From: Ramazzottius varieornatus
Lineage: Eukaryota; Animalia; Tardigrada
Direction: 5' to 3'
NCBI GenBank assembly: GCA_001949185.1
Contig: BDGG01000001.1
Location: forward strand, 4,329,624-4,393,623
DNA length: 64,000 nt
Shown here piece by piece: positions 25,329-38,933 of the stretch. Within the stretch, counting starts at the first letter, position 1. Each line of letters opens with the position of its first letter. The translations under genes and the position numbers were made by a program. The notes under the pieces were generated by a model. It made no database searches and had not been told where the DNA came from. It saw only the letters and a program-made list of their open reading frames with translations.

Positions 25329-28300
25329 TCAAAGCAGCGTGCAGACACTAGATCTGCTTCTCGGGCAGCCAAAGGTGCTAAGAGAAGTAGATTTTCCGAC
25401 TATGGCCTCGTAGGTTTTGGGCATCTCTAAAAATGCTGTTGCGGAAGACACTGCAAGGTGCCCCGACTTTATCGCTCCGATCTTCCTCCAACGATTCGTT
25501 ACGTTTGATAAAGATTTTGTTCGTCTTCGGCTCAAGAGCCAAACCGGCATCGGCTTCGGCTTCCCTTTCATTCGAACGTCTTTGTGGAACTGGAGACACA
25601 GATTCCCGGAGATATCCGGGAATGCTTGAAGGCGGCTAGAAAGACAGCGAAGTGTAAAATCTAGGTTTTGATAACTATGAAAAAGGATTTGTGCTGGTAG
25701 TACTACGTACTTGTAAGTTTCGGCGGTCACATTAATTCGCTCTTTTCTGCCGTTCGATGCGGTGCGACTCGTAATATTTATCGTGTCACCAAACAGGCAA
25801 AACCGAGGCATGCGCTGTCCAATTATACCTATTGCATTACAAGCCTGATTAATCGGTCTGATGGAGTTCCTGAACGGAAATCCTGTACTTACCGGCAACG
25901 ATTTCGCCGGAATGGATCCCAAGCGTAATCTGCAAGAGCCAGAACACCGCACATTAATTCCCTTCAGTCTGCGTACCGACCTTTCCCTAAGTTTCGGCTC
26001 CCTGAAGTGCCAAACTCTCGAGCACACCGGTGCAACCATCGATTACTGTACCTTCAAAGCAGTGCCACAAGCATCAAATAAATCCAACGCCAGGTTACAT
26101 ATGGCGATCGCGTGATCAGGAACAATCTAAAGAATAGTCGAAAGCTTTCATTAGATAGTGACGGATGCTGATAGCATTACGTCGGCCATGGATGCCTTCA
26201 ATTCAAAATGCAGGAATAAAGGAACTCCACTCTACTTTGAGTGGTACCTGGGGACATCCGCTGACGACGACATAATGGTCCGCAACGGTCTCTACCTGTG
26301 CCAAAGAACGATCAGCCACATTAACGTCAGAATAACTTTCTGGGGCCGCAAAATTTGAAATAGTGGGACATGTACCTTGTAAACTTTCGGGTGGTTTTGG
26401 GGATTCAAAATTGTGTCGAAGACGCTGTGGCATACGTTGAGCAACTGGACGACCTCGATAGGGCGGTGCGTGGCGCAAAATTCGGTGAAACCTTCGATGG
26501 CGCTGAACATTAGTGTCACGTCCTCATATCGAAGACTGGGAACATTCCGCTTGTGCCGGAGGTCGTCGGCGATAGATACAGGAACGACGGAGTACACTAA
26601 CCTAGAACAAGAACCATCCATTAGTATGCGAAGCAGCGGTGCCCCATCTGATTCTGATTCTTTTCAGCAGTCGAATTTTAAATATGTGGCCTCGGCTCGG
26701 ACAGCCGAACCGAACCGTTTCAGCATTTTCTAGTCCAACACAGCCCGACTGGACAATCCAGAACTGCCAGATATTCGAATTTTTAGCTGCCAAAACGAAT
26801 TAAACTCGTATGGGCACCACTGATGCGAACCGTGTCACTCATCGAATGAACACCGCCCAAATTACCTACCGATCGGTTTTCTGCTTTTCGCCATCCAGTT
26901 CAACGTACCGCACTTGCAACAAGTTTGTCATGTTCTCAAGCTGGCGAGCATACTCGTAATCCGTAGCGAACTGTTCGGAAAGCAAGAGCAGGTCTTTCGT
27001 CGCGTCGTGTATAGGTACGTCAGCCAAATGCACTCTCTGGTCCAGCAGGTCCTGCAGGTCGATCGCGGAAGGTGAGCAGAAGAACAGCATAACGTTGAAC
27101 TGCCACTGGAATGTCATCTTCCCTTTCAATTTCAAGGGCTTGACGGTCGCTGCATTCTTCTCAATCAAGACGTAAACCGTATTGTTATGCGAGAGAATAC
27201 TGTTGAAATCAAAGTTCAACCTCGGTCGGACAATATCGAACACTGTGTTGATACTCCTTCCGACTAGACCGTCAAGTATGAAATGCCGAGTCACCGCGTT
27301 CCCACAGGATGTCACCACCATGTCCTGGTTGAACGCAATGTGGAAAGGGAAGAGACTGTCGAACGTCTGCTGAGTCATAAGGTCTTCGGTGGTAGTGGCT
27401 TGCCGAGGAAGGCTGATACTGGACCCTAGACGATGTGGGCCCTTACCGTCCCGATCAGATAACTTGATCAGAAAGCAAGTTTCCCCTTCTCGAGTTTCCT
27501 GCTCCGACACCTTAATGTCTACGACTACGTCAAAGAGAGTCTTGAAAGCCGCGCGGATGATACCGACTACGACGGGACCCAGTGCGGGTCTTTGGGAATA
27601 GTAGTACAGGTAGAATTCGGTTCCGTCACCGCCTTCTTCCTGAGTGCAGCGGAAGGAAGGGGCGTTGAAGCCAATGTAGGTTGTGGACAGATGGTCGTGC
27701 AGGGCGTCCAACTGTTCCAGAAAATCCACGGGGGTTCCACCCAAGGCTCGCATGATGCTGGCGTAGCCGATTTCTGTACAGTACTCAAAAAAGAACTCGC
27801 CGAATATTTCCAAGATTATTGCGGCAGGAACACCTGCAAAACAATACTATACGGTCGACTGACCACAGTTATCATTCTTTTGGACGAGGATTTCGTTATC
27901 CGCACTCTAACCCAAATTTTCTTGGTTTGAATGACTAACAAACGCTGCAGTTTCAGAGCATTTATCTACAGTACGAAATTTGTATACCGAGTAATTTTTC
28001 AGCTGCGAAGACCAAATCGTAGCTTAAGGCATCCTCATATCTTTCGAATATTGAAAAGGTTTCCGGGGTGTGAATTCCCACTTCCTTCCTGAAAGAAGAT
28101 AAATGTAGAACAGAAGCAACCCTTGAGCGAAACTTGTTTATCATAATCACCTGATAGCTTCCCAGGTTTCCGGGCCAAACTTCCGCAGCACCAGCTGTTC
28201 GATGGTGTGGTTAATGAGGCCGTACTATGAAAAAAGCATGAATAAAGCCATCGATAAGTAGGTGAAGTTCTCGAGAAACGCCAGGTCTGAAACCGAACCA

Positions 28301-28370
28301 TCCAAAATATTATAACATTCCGAGAAGCTCGAAAAAATAACTTGAACGAATTTCAAAACGAACTTACCAT
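25329..28370 (-). CDS. Soluble guanylyl cyclase, beta-type, paralogue 3
   Basis: ATG|gtaagt at 28370; exon YGLINHTIEQLVLRKFGPETWEAIR. LDALHDHL, YYSQR, KVETVADHY, PRFCLFGDTINITSRT; ends CTLL. Confidence 0.9.
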
Positions 28371-29196
28371 TTTCAATCAGATGAAGAATGATCTTGATGG
28401 TGATTATACTGTAGTTCGCACGGGAGTTCCATGCTCAGAAATAATGACATAACCGCTTTCGTAATGGGAAAAACCACCTTTTATCTGAATGAATCCGACA
28501 GCTGGACAATGGGGTTTTGGAAAGGGTTTGAAACAACTTAACAAGGGATCTTGCGTCAGAAGATCAGGACCGCCAAGATACAAAAGAAGGTGCTGGTGGA
28601 CTCCTACAGTAGCCTTTTCGAACACCCGCCAAGTTCAATCAAAAGTGATTAATCTGCCATGACGGCCTTCCGTGTTGTTATGTACCTTTACCGAGATTAC
28701 GTCGGTGCATCACAGCTATGGTTTTCCCGCCATGGAGCTGCATGTCTTCCGCTCTACTCCAGAAAACGTGTTATTAATCAAAGCGTATACACTGCCTACC
28801 GCTTGTTTCTACCTTTCTGGCTTCTCACTTCCTAACTCAACTGCAGGTACCCTTGCGTGCGGATCGCTGCGGGAAACCTCTCTACCTGAACCCATATAGA
28901 GTTGTCATGATCAACACGCGACCATATGACCGGCGTCTGCAACAGCACGCAAGATCCGTCCCAAAAACAAGTCAAGAGATGTCTACAAAAAATTTTGCAG
29001 AAATCTGGCGCGACGACTGAGTGGTTTCTGTCGTGTTCGAAAACAATACTTTCGCGTGACGGGAAAAATGGTTTCTTCCAGACGACGTTTCAACGATGCT
29101 ATAATCTACTGCGCGAAACTAACAGGCCGACGATTAGAAATTCAGGCTGAACTTCGACATCCTGCTGAGCATCTTAAAGTACGACCGAGAGGCCGA

Positions 29197-29304
29197 CCGG
29201 CAAACAAACCCGGGATGATCGTCATCTCAAGTGGCGTAGCTTCCCTCGTTACTGGCTGGAAATATGCGCCACTTAAAATAACGACCATCCCGAAGTTGTT
29301 TACC
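29197..29304. repeat. Well-preserved copy of a dispersed ~110-bp palindromic element
   Basis: aaacaaacccgggatgatcgtcatctcaagtggcgta...tgcgccacttaaaataacgaccatcccgaagttgttt is self-complementary and similar to many other copies in the window. Confidence 0.8.
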
Positions 29305-29628
29305 GTTCTCCCAATTATTGAATACAGGAAGACAAGCGTTCCTTCCACGAAGGCGCGCTTTGAAGTTTTGTCTTTCCACGCAGGGCCTCTAACAAACTTC
29401 CATTGAAACACATAGCCGGCAGTATGAAACTGCCTACACAGATAGTCAAAATTGAATACTCATAAATTGTATTATTGATATCGCACTTGATAAAACGTAG
29501 GCTGATAGGAAGACAATTTTAATGTGCCGCCGCAGCAGTAAACGCTGACACTCAGCACGGAATGTTCCTCGATTTTGCTGATTCTGGTTCAGTCACTGGC
29601 ATAATTGATTCCACTTGTTGCGTCAAGG

Positions 29629-32600
29629 ATGGATGGCGAGCCGCCGCGAGAGCGGAAGGACAGTCGGCAAGTCAACAACAACGCCTCCTCAGGCATTCGA
29701 CGTTCTTCACGCCTCGGCCATCAAAACGCTAATCTATCGGGACCATTTCGTGGTGGATTCTTCGAAACCGTCGATGAGCTGGCTAACCTAGACGCGCCAC
29801 AAACCGCCAAGAAAACCTCGGACCGACGAGTCTCACAGGTGTCCGTCGCTCATGGCGCACAAGACAGTGGGGTACGAGGAAGGCGAACCTCTCGAACCAG
29901 GTCGCCCTCGATCGTGGCTTCCCCGTCCGCAGGCATCATCAATCCAACGTTCGAGACGAAAGATGCCCTCGACGACCTCGATCCAAGCTTCAGGAAGCTG
30001 TCTGTCGTCGCCGCTCGGAGGATGTCCGTACGATCCCCAGTTGGAATACTGGATGAACCCAAAGCCGACGATCCAGACGAGTAAGCATGACGCCTTCATC
30101 AATCTTCAGCGAGTGAAATGTTTTATGTTGTCATATACATCCTGATGATGCCTTTCAGACATTTCTTCTTCAAAGGACCTCTCAGCAGATCAACCAAGGT
30201 CCTTATCTCCACAAGTATTATCTTTTTCATGATTGCCGAAATCATGACGTCCATCTATCTTCTTGAAATATATAAAGGTGTGTCCAAATAATGGCGACCG
30301 GAAGCAAAAGTCCGCGGTCAGGTTAATGTTGAAGTGACGACTGTGAAACCTCATCATCTGGTGACTGATCATTTCTATGCATTCAGAGCCCCCTCCCAAA
30401 TCATGCGACAGTGAGTCCTGCCTGATCTTCGGTGAGTACTGCGCGCGTATTAATCATTAGCGCGAAGGTTTGAACGGTTTGAATGTCATCTGCAGGTCAA
30501 CTGATGAGAGGGTCTCTCAATCTATCAGCAAACCCCTGCACAGATTTTTATTCTTATGCATGCGGGAATTTTCAAAGGCGAACGCCCTACGGCGATCAGT
30601 ACCGGGACCTGGACGGACTTGTGAATGATGAGCTTGTTGCCCGAATGCACGGTAAGACAACGGTCTCTTATTGCGCCCTAAAAGCAGATAACTTCCAAGT
30701 TCGTATTTGCAGAGGCCCTGGAAAACCTGAGACATACAGTGAAGACCCACGAGGACTACGAAAAAAAAGCTTGGCAGTTCTATCGGGAATGTCTGGAAAT
30801 CGGTACGACAGATTAAAGGTTTCCAAAGTGTAAGATATATACAGTAACATCTAGCTGTTGTACAGACTCAACGAACGTGAGAGAATCTCTTGTGAAAGTC
30901 CTGCAGAATCTCAGCTGGCCCCTAATCACACCACCCCATCACACTACCACTGCCTTACTAGAACTGTTCAAAGAAGCTCATATACATGGCGCCGACCCGT
31001 TTTTCCACGTTTCCCGTTTGCCCAACCACGACAATACCCATCAGCCTTACTGGACGGTCCAAGAAGGAAGACTATCGCTACCACTACCCGTCTACGATTC
31101 CCCACTCTATCGGACTCAATACGCCCTTTTCATCCAGAATCTCGTTGCGGAGGTTCGAGAAACTGTCCAGGGTAATTTAGTTACCGACCTAGGTCCAGCC
31201 ACTCTTGACGTCTTCGAGCGGATAGTCGATCTGGAAGCTGAGCTAGCCGACGTCCGACACGAACCACAGTTCTTCAAGCTAACCATCCGAGAGTTCTCCG
31301 ATGCTTATCCCTCCATTGTCAGAAATTACAATCTTGTGGAATACTTCATTGCACTGACAAAAGCCGAGGAACATCTCGACCTTGTCCCAGCACGAAACCA
31401 GACAGTCGCCATCACGGAGGACACTGTGATCATTATGAAGAACCGCGACTATTTCTATATCCTGAACCAGATGCTGGGTCGCACCTCCGAAAGAGACCAG
31501 TCTATCTACCTGGGATGGCGTGTACTCTTTCACTACATCGATCTGATCGATGAAGACCCGGTGGTTCGGGGAATTGTCCAAAGGTTTTGGATGTCCATCG
31601 GGAACTGGCCACGGCAATACCACTCGCATGGGAAGAACTGTGCCCAAACGGCGATCGACGCACTACCTGATGGCGGACTGGCGCTTTATCGCAAGGAACA
31701 CTTCACTACAGATCAGGCAGACCAGATCAACGACATCCTGGACAGACTCACGAAAATCGCTACGGAAGTAGTGAAGGTAAGTGGACACCACCAGCCAGCC
31801 TTTCGACCGATAATACCTTCTCAGTAACGATTTTTAGGCTCAGGAATGGATGAGCGATCAAGACAAAAATACCGCTATTTCAAAATTCCATAGCCTCAAG
31901 CGGCAACTCCCATACTCCGACGAACTATATTCGAAAAACCTCACGAACCAGCTCTATTCAAAGGTTCGGACATTCTTACAAGCTCTTTCTTCCAAACAGA
32001 ATAGGTAACTGTCTTTTCCGACTGGGTTGCAGAGTGTGGTGGAGTACGACTCATTTTTCCTCACGATCAGAAATTTCCAACGAGTCCGGCAACATTTTGT
32101 CCTATCTGGAGTTTATGATACCCCAATTGAGTTTCCCGATCTGCTCAGTTTTGCCTTTGGAGCTGACTACCGTCTTGACAATCCCAGCCAAGGACTTGTG
32201 GTAGTTCTGCCCCGAACGTTTGTGGCTCCCTTTTACGACTCATCGTACCCAAGTTTCGCCAATTACGCCATGCTTGGCTTCCTGTACGCTCGCGAACTGG
32301 CCCATGTCGTTGACTATGACTGTAAATCTGAAGAATCAAGCGTAACTTCTTACCTACAGTACTTCCTGAGTTGCGAAGACCCACGTCCATGTTTCCGGTA
32401 GGGTTCATGTTGAACAAGACTGCGGGAGAGAACGGCGGACCATCCAACAGCACCCTGCAGCAGTACCATTCCGGTCTTGGCTACATCTTGGAGCTATACC
32501 GAAATACTTCCATCCTCCTCGGACTGCCTGTGAATTATGAAACTCTGTATGCGGACATTGCAGATCAAGCGGCGCTACGCATATCATACCGGGTAAAATA

Positions 32601-33230
32601 AAAGAGTTACTGTCGCTTACCAGTGTCTATACACAATAATTGTTGCAGAAATACTCTACCAGCCGTGAGATTGATTTCCTTTTGGTTTAGGCCTACCAAG
32701 ATGTCATCCGACGAGCCAACGACGCACTTTTTCCAGGAATACCATACGATCATTTCGACTTTTCTCAGATGTTCTTCTTGACAGTCGCGCAGGTCGGTTT
32801 TACCATTTGTTAACTAGACTAGCTTATGACGTCATCGCGGTCAGCCTGAAACAGCGACTCCGCGCTGACGTCATGTAGTGGATACAACCGGAAACTGCGG
32901 CTTGCCAAGTCTGTCATACCTCTATTTTTTTACCTCTAGCAATTCTGCATCAACGAGCACTCCATCCGGCTGAAGGATGTGGTGAACATTGGATTCAGTC
33001 ATCCGAAAGTAAGGTTGACGGCTCTGATGTACAACTCGGAAGAGTTTGACACAGCTTTTTCCTGTGGGAAGGCAGCGAATGCCGACTGGAGCGGTCAGCA
33101 ACTTTTCCATATTCCTAACTACGAAAGAAAAATCAAATACAGAGCCAACATTACTGCTAAGCAAATTGATGAATGGTACCACTGGTACGAGCGAAAACCT
33201 GGTTTGCCGACCTGGCCTAAAGCTTGGTAG
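29629..33230 (+). CDS. M13 family neprilysin/ECE-like type II membrane protein, probably catalytically inactive
   Basis: Cytoplasmic N-terminus; TM exon ~30160-30280; NPCTDFYSYACG; YAMLGFLYARELAHVVD; YADIADQAALR; NSEEFDTAFSC. Confidence 0.85.
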
Positions 33231-34013
33231 TTTTCAGAACTTTTCATGACAGCAACAGATTGCGAGATCTAACAATCTGACTCACATGTTAGCCTCTAGC
33301 TCTCGTCCGATATTTCAAATAAAGAAGCTATGAACGGCAAACAATACAAGAATACGAACGGAATACAATACGAACGGTAAACAATACAAGAATTTCCAGC
33401 AGACGGCAGTCACTCCGCTGACAGAGATGTTCAAGTCTAGTCTTTCACTAATACGAGCAGAAGTTGGCAGAGATCAGAGACCCAGAGTTGCGATTCTGGA
33501 AGAATTAGGGTCTGCATTCCGAGAGATCAACCAGACATGATTTAGAACTGGGGAATGCCTGAAATGAGGATTTGGGAATCAAGATTTAAGATCCGCGCCT
33601 TTTGGGAGTTTTTGAGGGGCTTACCCGTAGCTTCAGGGCGGAAGGTCGGAAGCCCCGCAGTAGAATTATTGCGCCCTGGGCTTGCGAACTTCGAGTCTTC
33701 TGCTCATTAGTCAGTAGAATTTTTCTTCTTCGGTTCAATGCCTCAAATCCTAATCTTATGGACTTCAGTCTTTATTGCCAGTCTGTTACTGAAAAGGATA
33801 CACGGACGTCACATCAACTGGATGATCGGCGTGGGCTGTGGGGGAGATTGTTATTGTCTTGAGGAGAACGCGATTGATTTAAGCGGAATGGGCTGAAAGG
33901 TAGATCGTATCCACTCAACACCTTCTCAGCAAGCTACAGCTTTGAGAGTTCGTATACAGGATACCGAGCAGTGCTGACGGAGACATCCTCGTAGACTGCA
34001 TCCATTCCACAGC

Positions 34014-36472
34014 ATGACTGGCAACTTCAGCAACACGACGGAGGTGGATGAATTACTTCTCTGACAGTGTGACTTGCAGAATCCCCTATTTAGAGCTTAC
34101 CGTTTTCTCTTCCAGTGCTATGACATTATACGGGAGTATCAGGCAGCGGGTTTCACATCATGCTACGCCATCCAGAACTCCGCCGACTGCAAAGTGGACG
34201 GTTATCTTCCCTACCTCAACCTGTACTACTGTCGACTGGGAGACTCTCTTCTTCCCCTCTCCATCAGCCTAACTGTATATATAATTCCACCTAAGCTAAG
34301 AACGCGCTTGCTCAAGACCGTGATATATGCACGTTAGTTTCCTAGATATTATGGGTCTTCATGCTGTTCATCACAGCGGGTCTCGCTGCGGACAACTTGT
34401 AAGTTCCACGAACTCACTTTGAGGGAATATCTTCACTCACTTCCGGTGCGTCGTTTTAGCTTATGTCCGTCGTTACACGCCATCGCTAAGAACCTTCATC
34501 TCAGCGAAAACTTAGCGGTAAGGATCTTCTTTCAACTGACGCAAATATTGCGGGTACCGAAAACCGTCATCTGCGAAACCTGGACGGCAATTATACTAAC
34601 ATCCTGTATAGGGTGTGACATTCCTAGCGTTCGGTAATGGAGCTCCGGACATCATGTCCTCCATCATCGCGCTGCATTCAATCCACGGCGATCCTGGATT
34701 AGCAATTGGCGAACTCTTAGGTACTGCAAATCAAGCTCTTGTGGGACCTTTCGAATGATATGTTGGGTATTGTCTTGCAGGCGGTGGAATCTTCGTGACG
34801 ACGATCGTGGCTGCTGCGGTAGCTATACTCAGTCCCTTCCATGTAATGAGAAGGCCCTTTCTTCGAGACATTGCGTTCTACATGGCCGCAACCATATGGA
34901 TTCTTGTGATCCTCGTCCGAGGAGAGATTTACTTCTGGGAAGCGATATGCTTCTTGGCGTTGTATGGAGTCTACGTACTCGTGGCCGTACTTGGGCGAAT
35001 CATCAATCAGTCCATGCTAAAGAAGAGTAAGTTTTCCATTCGGTCCCCTGTGCAATGTACTTTACAGACTATTGCTTTCGTTTAGACGCAAAAGCAGTTT
35101 TGACGGTGAATGTCCCGTCGCCGGAACATCCCGACGATGAACAAGCGGAAGTTGTCGCGAACGCCAGGGAAGAACCAGAAGATAGTGTGGAAGAAAGACG
35201 GCTGTTCTTTCACCGTTCGCATTCAGAGCTTGCTGTGACGCATTTGACTTGGTACAGCGACCTGATGCGTGGCGTTCTACCCAAAGAGGTGTTTCGCTTC
35301 CGATCCTTGTCACCGTGGAAGAAGTTGCTGTGTATCATTTGCGTGAGTATGACTTTGCGGTCAAACCGTTATCCGGATACTGCATGTACAGTGTGGTACC
35401 CTGTAGATAACAAGCTTGCTGGTGTGTAGCTTCCCTTCGAAGTCATGTTGAACCTCACAGTTCCTGTTGTACTAGAGGAGAAGGATGACCCGAAACGCGG
35501 ATGGTGCAAAGTGCTACGTGTGATAAACTGCGTGACGCTTCCTATGCTTGTTGTCGTACTGGTCCCAGGTACGAAACCTCTGGAAGCCCAGTAGCGGCAA
35601 TAAATCTGCGATATCTGACTTTGTTCTTGATCTTGGTGCAGGTTACGCAAGGCAGCTTAGTGGAATCTTCCCAGCATGGGCTCTAGCCCTGTCCATAGCA
35701 CTCCTTATCGCCGTCTTCGTTTTCTTCACAACGCATGTCAACGAAGCTCCATGGTACCATGAGGTACGTCTGCCTAACTTTATCTTTAGCGAACAACCGG
35801 AAAGAGTTCTGTGTTTTGCAGTTCTTCGCTTACCTGGGTTTCCTCGGTGCCTGTGTATGGATCTACGCCACAGCTAACGAGATCGTGGCTTCCCTCCAAA
35901 CGCTGGGCATTGCCCTGAACATCACTACGACCATCTTCGGTCTCACCGTACTGGCTTGGGGGAACAGCATTCCAGGTATGTAAACTCGGTGCAAATCGTT
36001 GAGCCCCAGAGTCGGAAGATCTTAGTATGTGCTCAACATGGATAATGCTGTGTTTTCAGACTTTATATCGAACACGAGCATGGCTCGTCGCGGGACGCCT
36101 CGAGTGGGTATCTCAGCTGCTTTTGCCGGACCAATGATGAGTAAGTGCATAGCATGGTCATCTGTGGATAGGGTAAAGTCTCTGTGAAATCGTATTGTGT
36201 AAAGCTTGGATTGTTACGTGTGTTTAGACTTACTTTTGGGTGTGGGGATCTCCTTCCTTTTCGCGACGCGCACAACAAACCCCTTCCCGGTTGACACAAC
36301 TTCGGTGTCGTTGTTGTCGACAGGGACTCTACTGTTCTCGTTAGCATTTTCCCTAATTTTCATTGTGGTTTCTAAATTCCAGGTAGGAAAGCTGTACGGC
36401 GGTTTGCTGATAATGCTTTACGTTGTCTTTCTGGCTTTGGCCATTCCGACCGGTTTGGGCATCTTGATGTAA
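34014..36472 (+). CDS. SLC8B1: Na+(Li+)/Ca2+ exchanger NCLX (CCX clade), multi-exon
   Basis: YLNLYYC, AADNLCPSL..LHLSENLA, alpha-1 GVTFLAFGNGAPDI, RPFLRDIAFY, alpha-2 GLTVLAWGNSIPD. Confidence 0.88.
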
Positions 36473-38933
36473 CCGGTAATAATCATTTTCACCAAAACCT
36501 TTTCCAATGGTGGACTGTGAAACTCTTCCTGGCACTGCTCTTTCTACGGGTGATTTTCCAATGTGATTTCCTGACGTTTAACAGAGTAATTTTTCGAACA
36601 TTCGAAATCCCTGTTCTTTCCGATTTTGTGTCTTGATCTAATGAGACCTGGCGAACAAACACGAGAGGATCGTGTCTCCCAAGTGGTGCGCGCTTTCAGC
36701 CAGCAACACTGAAATCGTGCGCTACTTGGTAAGACAATCTAGTCGAGTTGGTCTGCCGAATTTTCATATGAACTCCGAATACCTTTCTGAAGGATTTCTG
36801 GCTTGACGACGGCGGAGAAGAGTATTTTTGTGGCGGGTTGTAGAGAGGATGATTTATGAATAATTTGGTCCTGCTTAAAAAAATCGGAATGACAGCCTGT
36901 CCATCATTTACGAGCCAGATGAAATATGGCATTGTAAGCAGGCGTCATTTTCGCTTAGAGATGCCCGTAATGTTTGTGTCGATCACCATCAGATGCAGCT
37001 GACTGAAGCGTTGATCAGCTCCCTGGAGAGTTGCAAGAGGCATATTCAAGGGTCTCAGTTGGAGTCTTCTCGATTAACTAATTCTCACCCAGTATCAATC
37101 AAAGCAGAGTTGTGTGTAATTTGATTACCGAGAACGGGATGCACATCTGTTCAGCAAGAATGACATACAATTTCCTGGCAAAACTTTTCTGTCTGGTGCA
37201 TCCAGACAACGTCGCGGACTCTAACGGGTAAATTAATCCAGCAGCTGGTTTCACATTTCAACCTCATTTCTCAAACCATCACAACATACTAGTGTCTAAA
37301 GTGCCACAGCCGTCGGCCTTTGCGGCCACAAATAAACGAGGAAGGAGCGATATCGATCTGCTCTAGCTGACAGTCATATCAGCAGCAACTGTGCTCTTTG
37401 AAAACCCTGATTGATGAACCTTCAGGTCAACCGCTCGAGGTACGTGTGATCTATCAATCCGCCCTTGCTGTGCTGGTCATAAAACAACGAGGGATCGATA
37501 TCGCTTTGACGGTCTGAATTCCGTTTGTTTTTGCAGTGATCCGGAACGCCATTAAGGACTCGTTATGGCACGAGTGCAAACAAGTTCGCGGTTTGATAGT
37601 GAGAATGAGCGGCGACCCTCAAATGCTGTACTGAGGGTGTGCTGGAAACATTTCAAAGAGGATTCTTCGGGCTTTCGTACCCACTATACTGCGTACTGGC
37701 TGGGAACGTGCGCTACTTGAAATGACGATTGACCCGAGACTGCGTGCGCCAGCCTCCGATTTCTCTCAGGACAGAGCTCAACTAAGCCTTAGTGTCCTCG
37801 CAAAGGCTGCTTGAGGGTTCTTCGCCGGAAGATTGGTATTTGGCACGAGTTGATGAAGCGCTTATTGAATGAACGGCGTAATAATCGGTAGTCTCGGGAG
37901 AGGAAATCACCGGAGCCGATGGCGTCGTTCTCGATGCGTCCCTTCTTGGGGCTTGATAGGCCTAGCAACGACAGAAGGGGCCAGCTGCAAGCTAGTGATT
38001 GACTGCGGCCTGGCGTGGTGTGCAAGTTAAGCAAGCGGAAACCCTTTTCACTGTTGCCTCTCAGTACGGCGAACAACTCGATGTTTAGCTATCACTTCCT
38101 AAAGACTCGAAAGAGTAGACAGTACGTACGATCATCAGTACTAACCTACTCTTGAGGCTCCATGGCGGCATGGCGAAGTTCAATGACAAATTGAAAGTGT
38201 TATACGCACAGCTGGGCTTGCTGTGCAATCAAGTGACGGAAAGGCAGAAACCGGACGCAGCCACTACCAACGTTGAAGAAGCTAGGTTTGGGGTACCTCC
38301 CAACCAACGAGAGCGCGTATAAGCCTTCGCTTGAGCAATTTTCTCCTAAACTCTACCACAGTGTGATGTGTTCAGCCTTTGGCTACTGCATCGCTTCACT
38401 TTTCACTTTGCATTGTTTTGTTGTGCTTCTCGAGCGCGTTTCGATTTTCGGTCTCCTCGGCGATCCAATAGACACTGTGTATACCAGTACTTATACTTGC
38501 TTTCCGCTGTGTACATTTAGACACGCATTCGGCACTCTGCGTCGTCTGCAGCGCCTATATTGGGTACTCTCTATCATATTATCGAGCTCGGCTGCTGAAT
38601 GAATTTGACCACTTGAATTTTTATCATTCATCTGCAAACAAGTTGCGCGCATTATTTAGTTCGTCATATCCGCTAACTCACCAGCCTTGCTGACTGTATA
38701 CTGTACCCTACCATAGCACTAGCAGGGACTAGCTTGGATTTGTGACAGTTTTGACATCACGGCGACCTCGTTCCGCATACCAAGGTTTTCTCACGCCGAC
38801 GCAAATTTGCCCACCGTTTACAGTTTCCTCACGTTTACTGTCTTTTCGTTAGTCCGTACATCACTTTCCACTCCTGCTTTATTTTCCGTATTATTCTGAG
38901 TGCAACATTTGCATTCAGCCCACATTTTCCCCT

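Noticed and set aside
33332-33392. Short repeated units (gaacggcaaacaatacaagaat) resembling an array
   Set aside because: Simple local duplication without unique spacers; not CRISPR-like.
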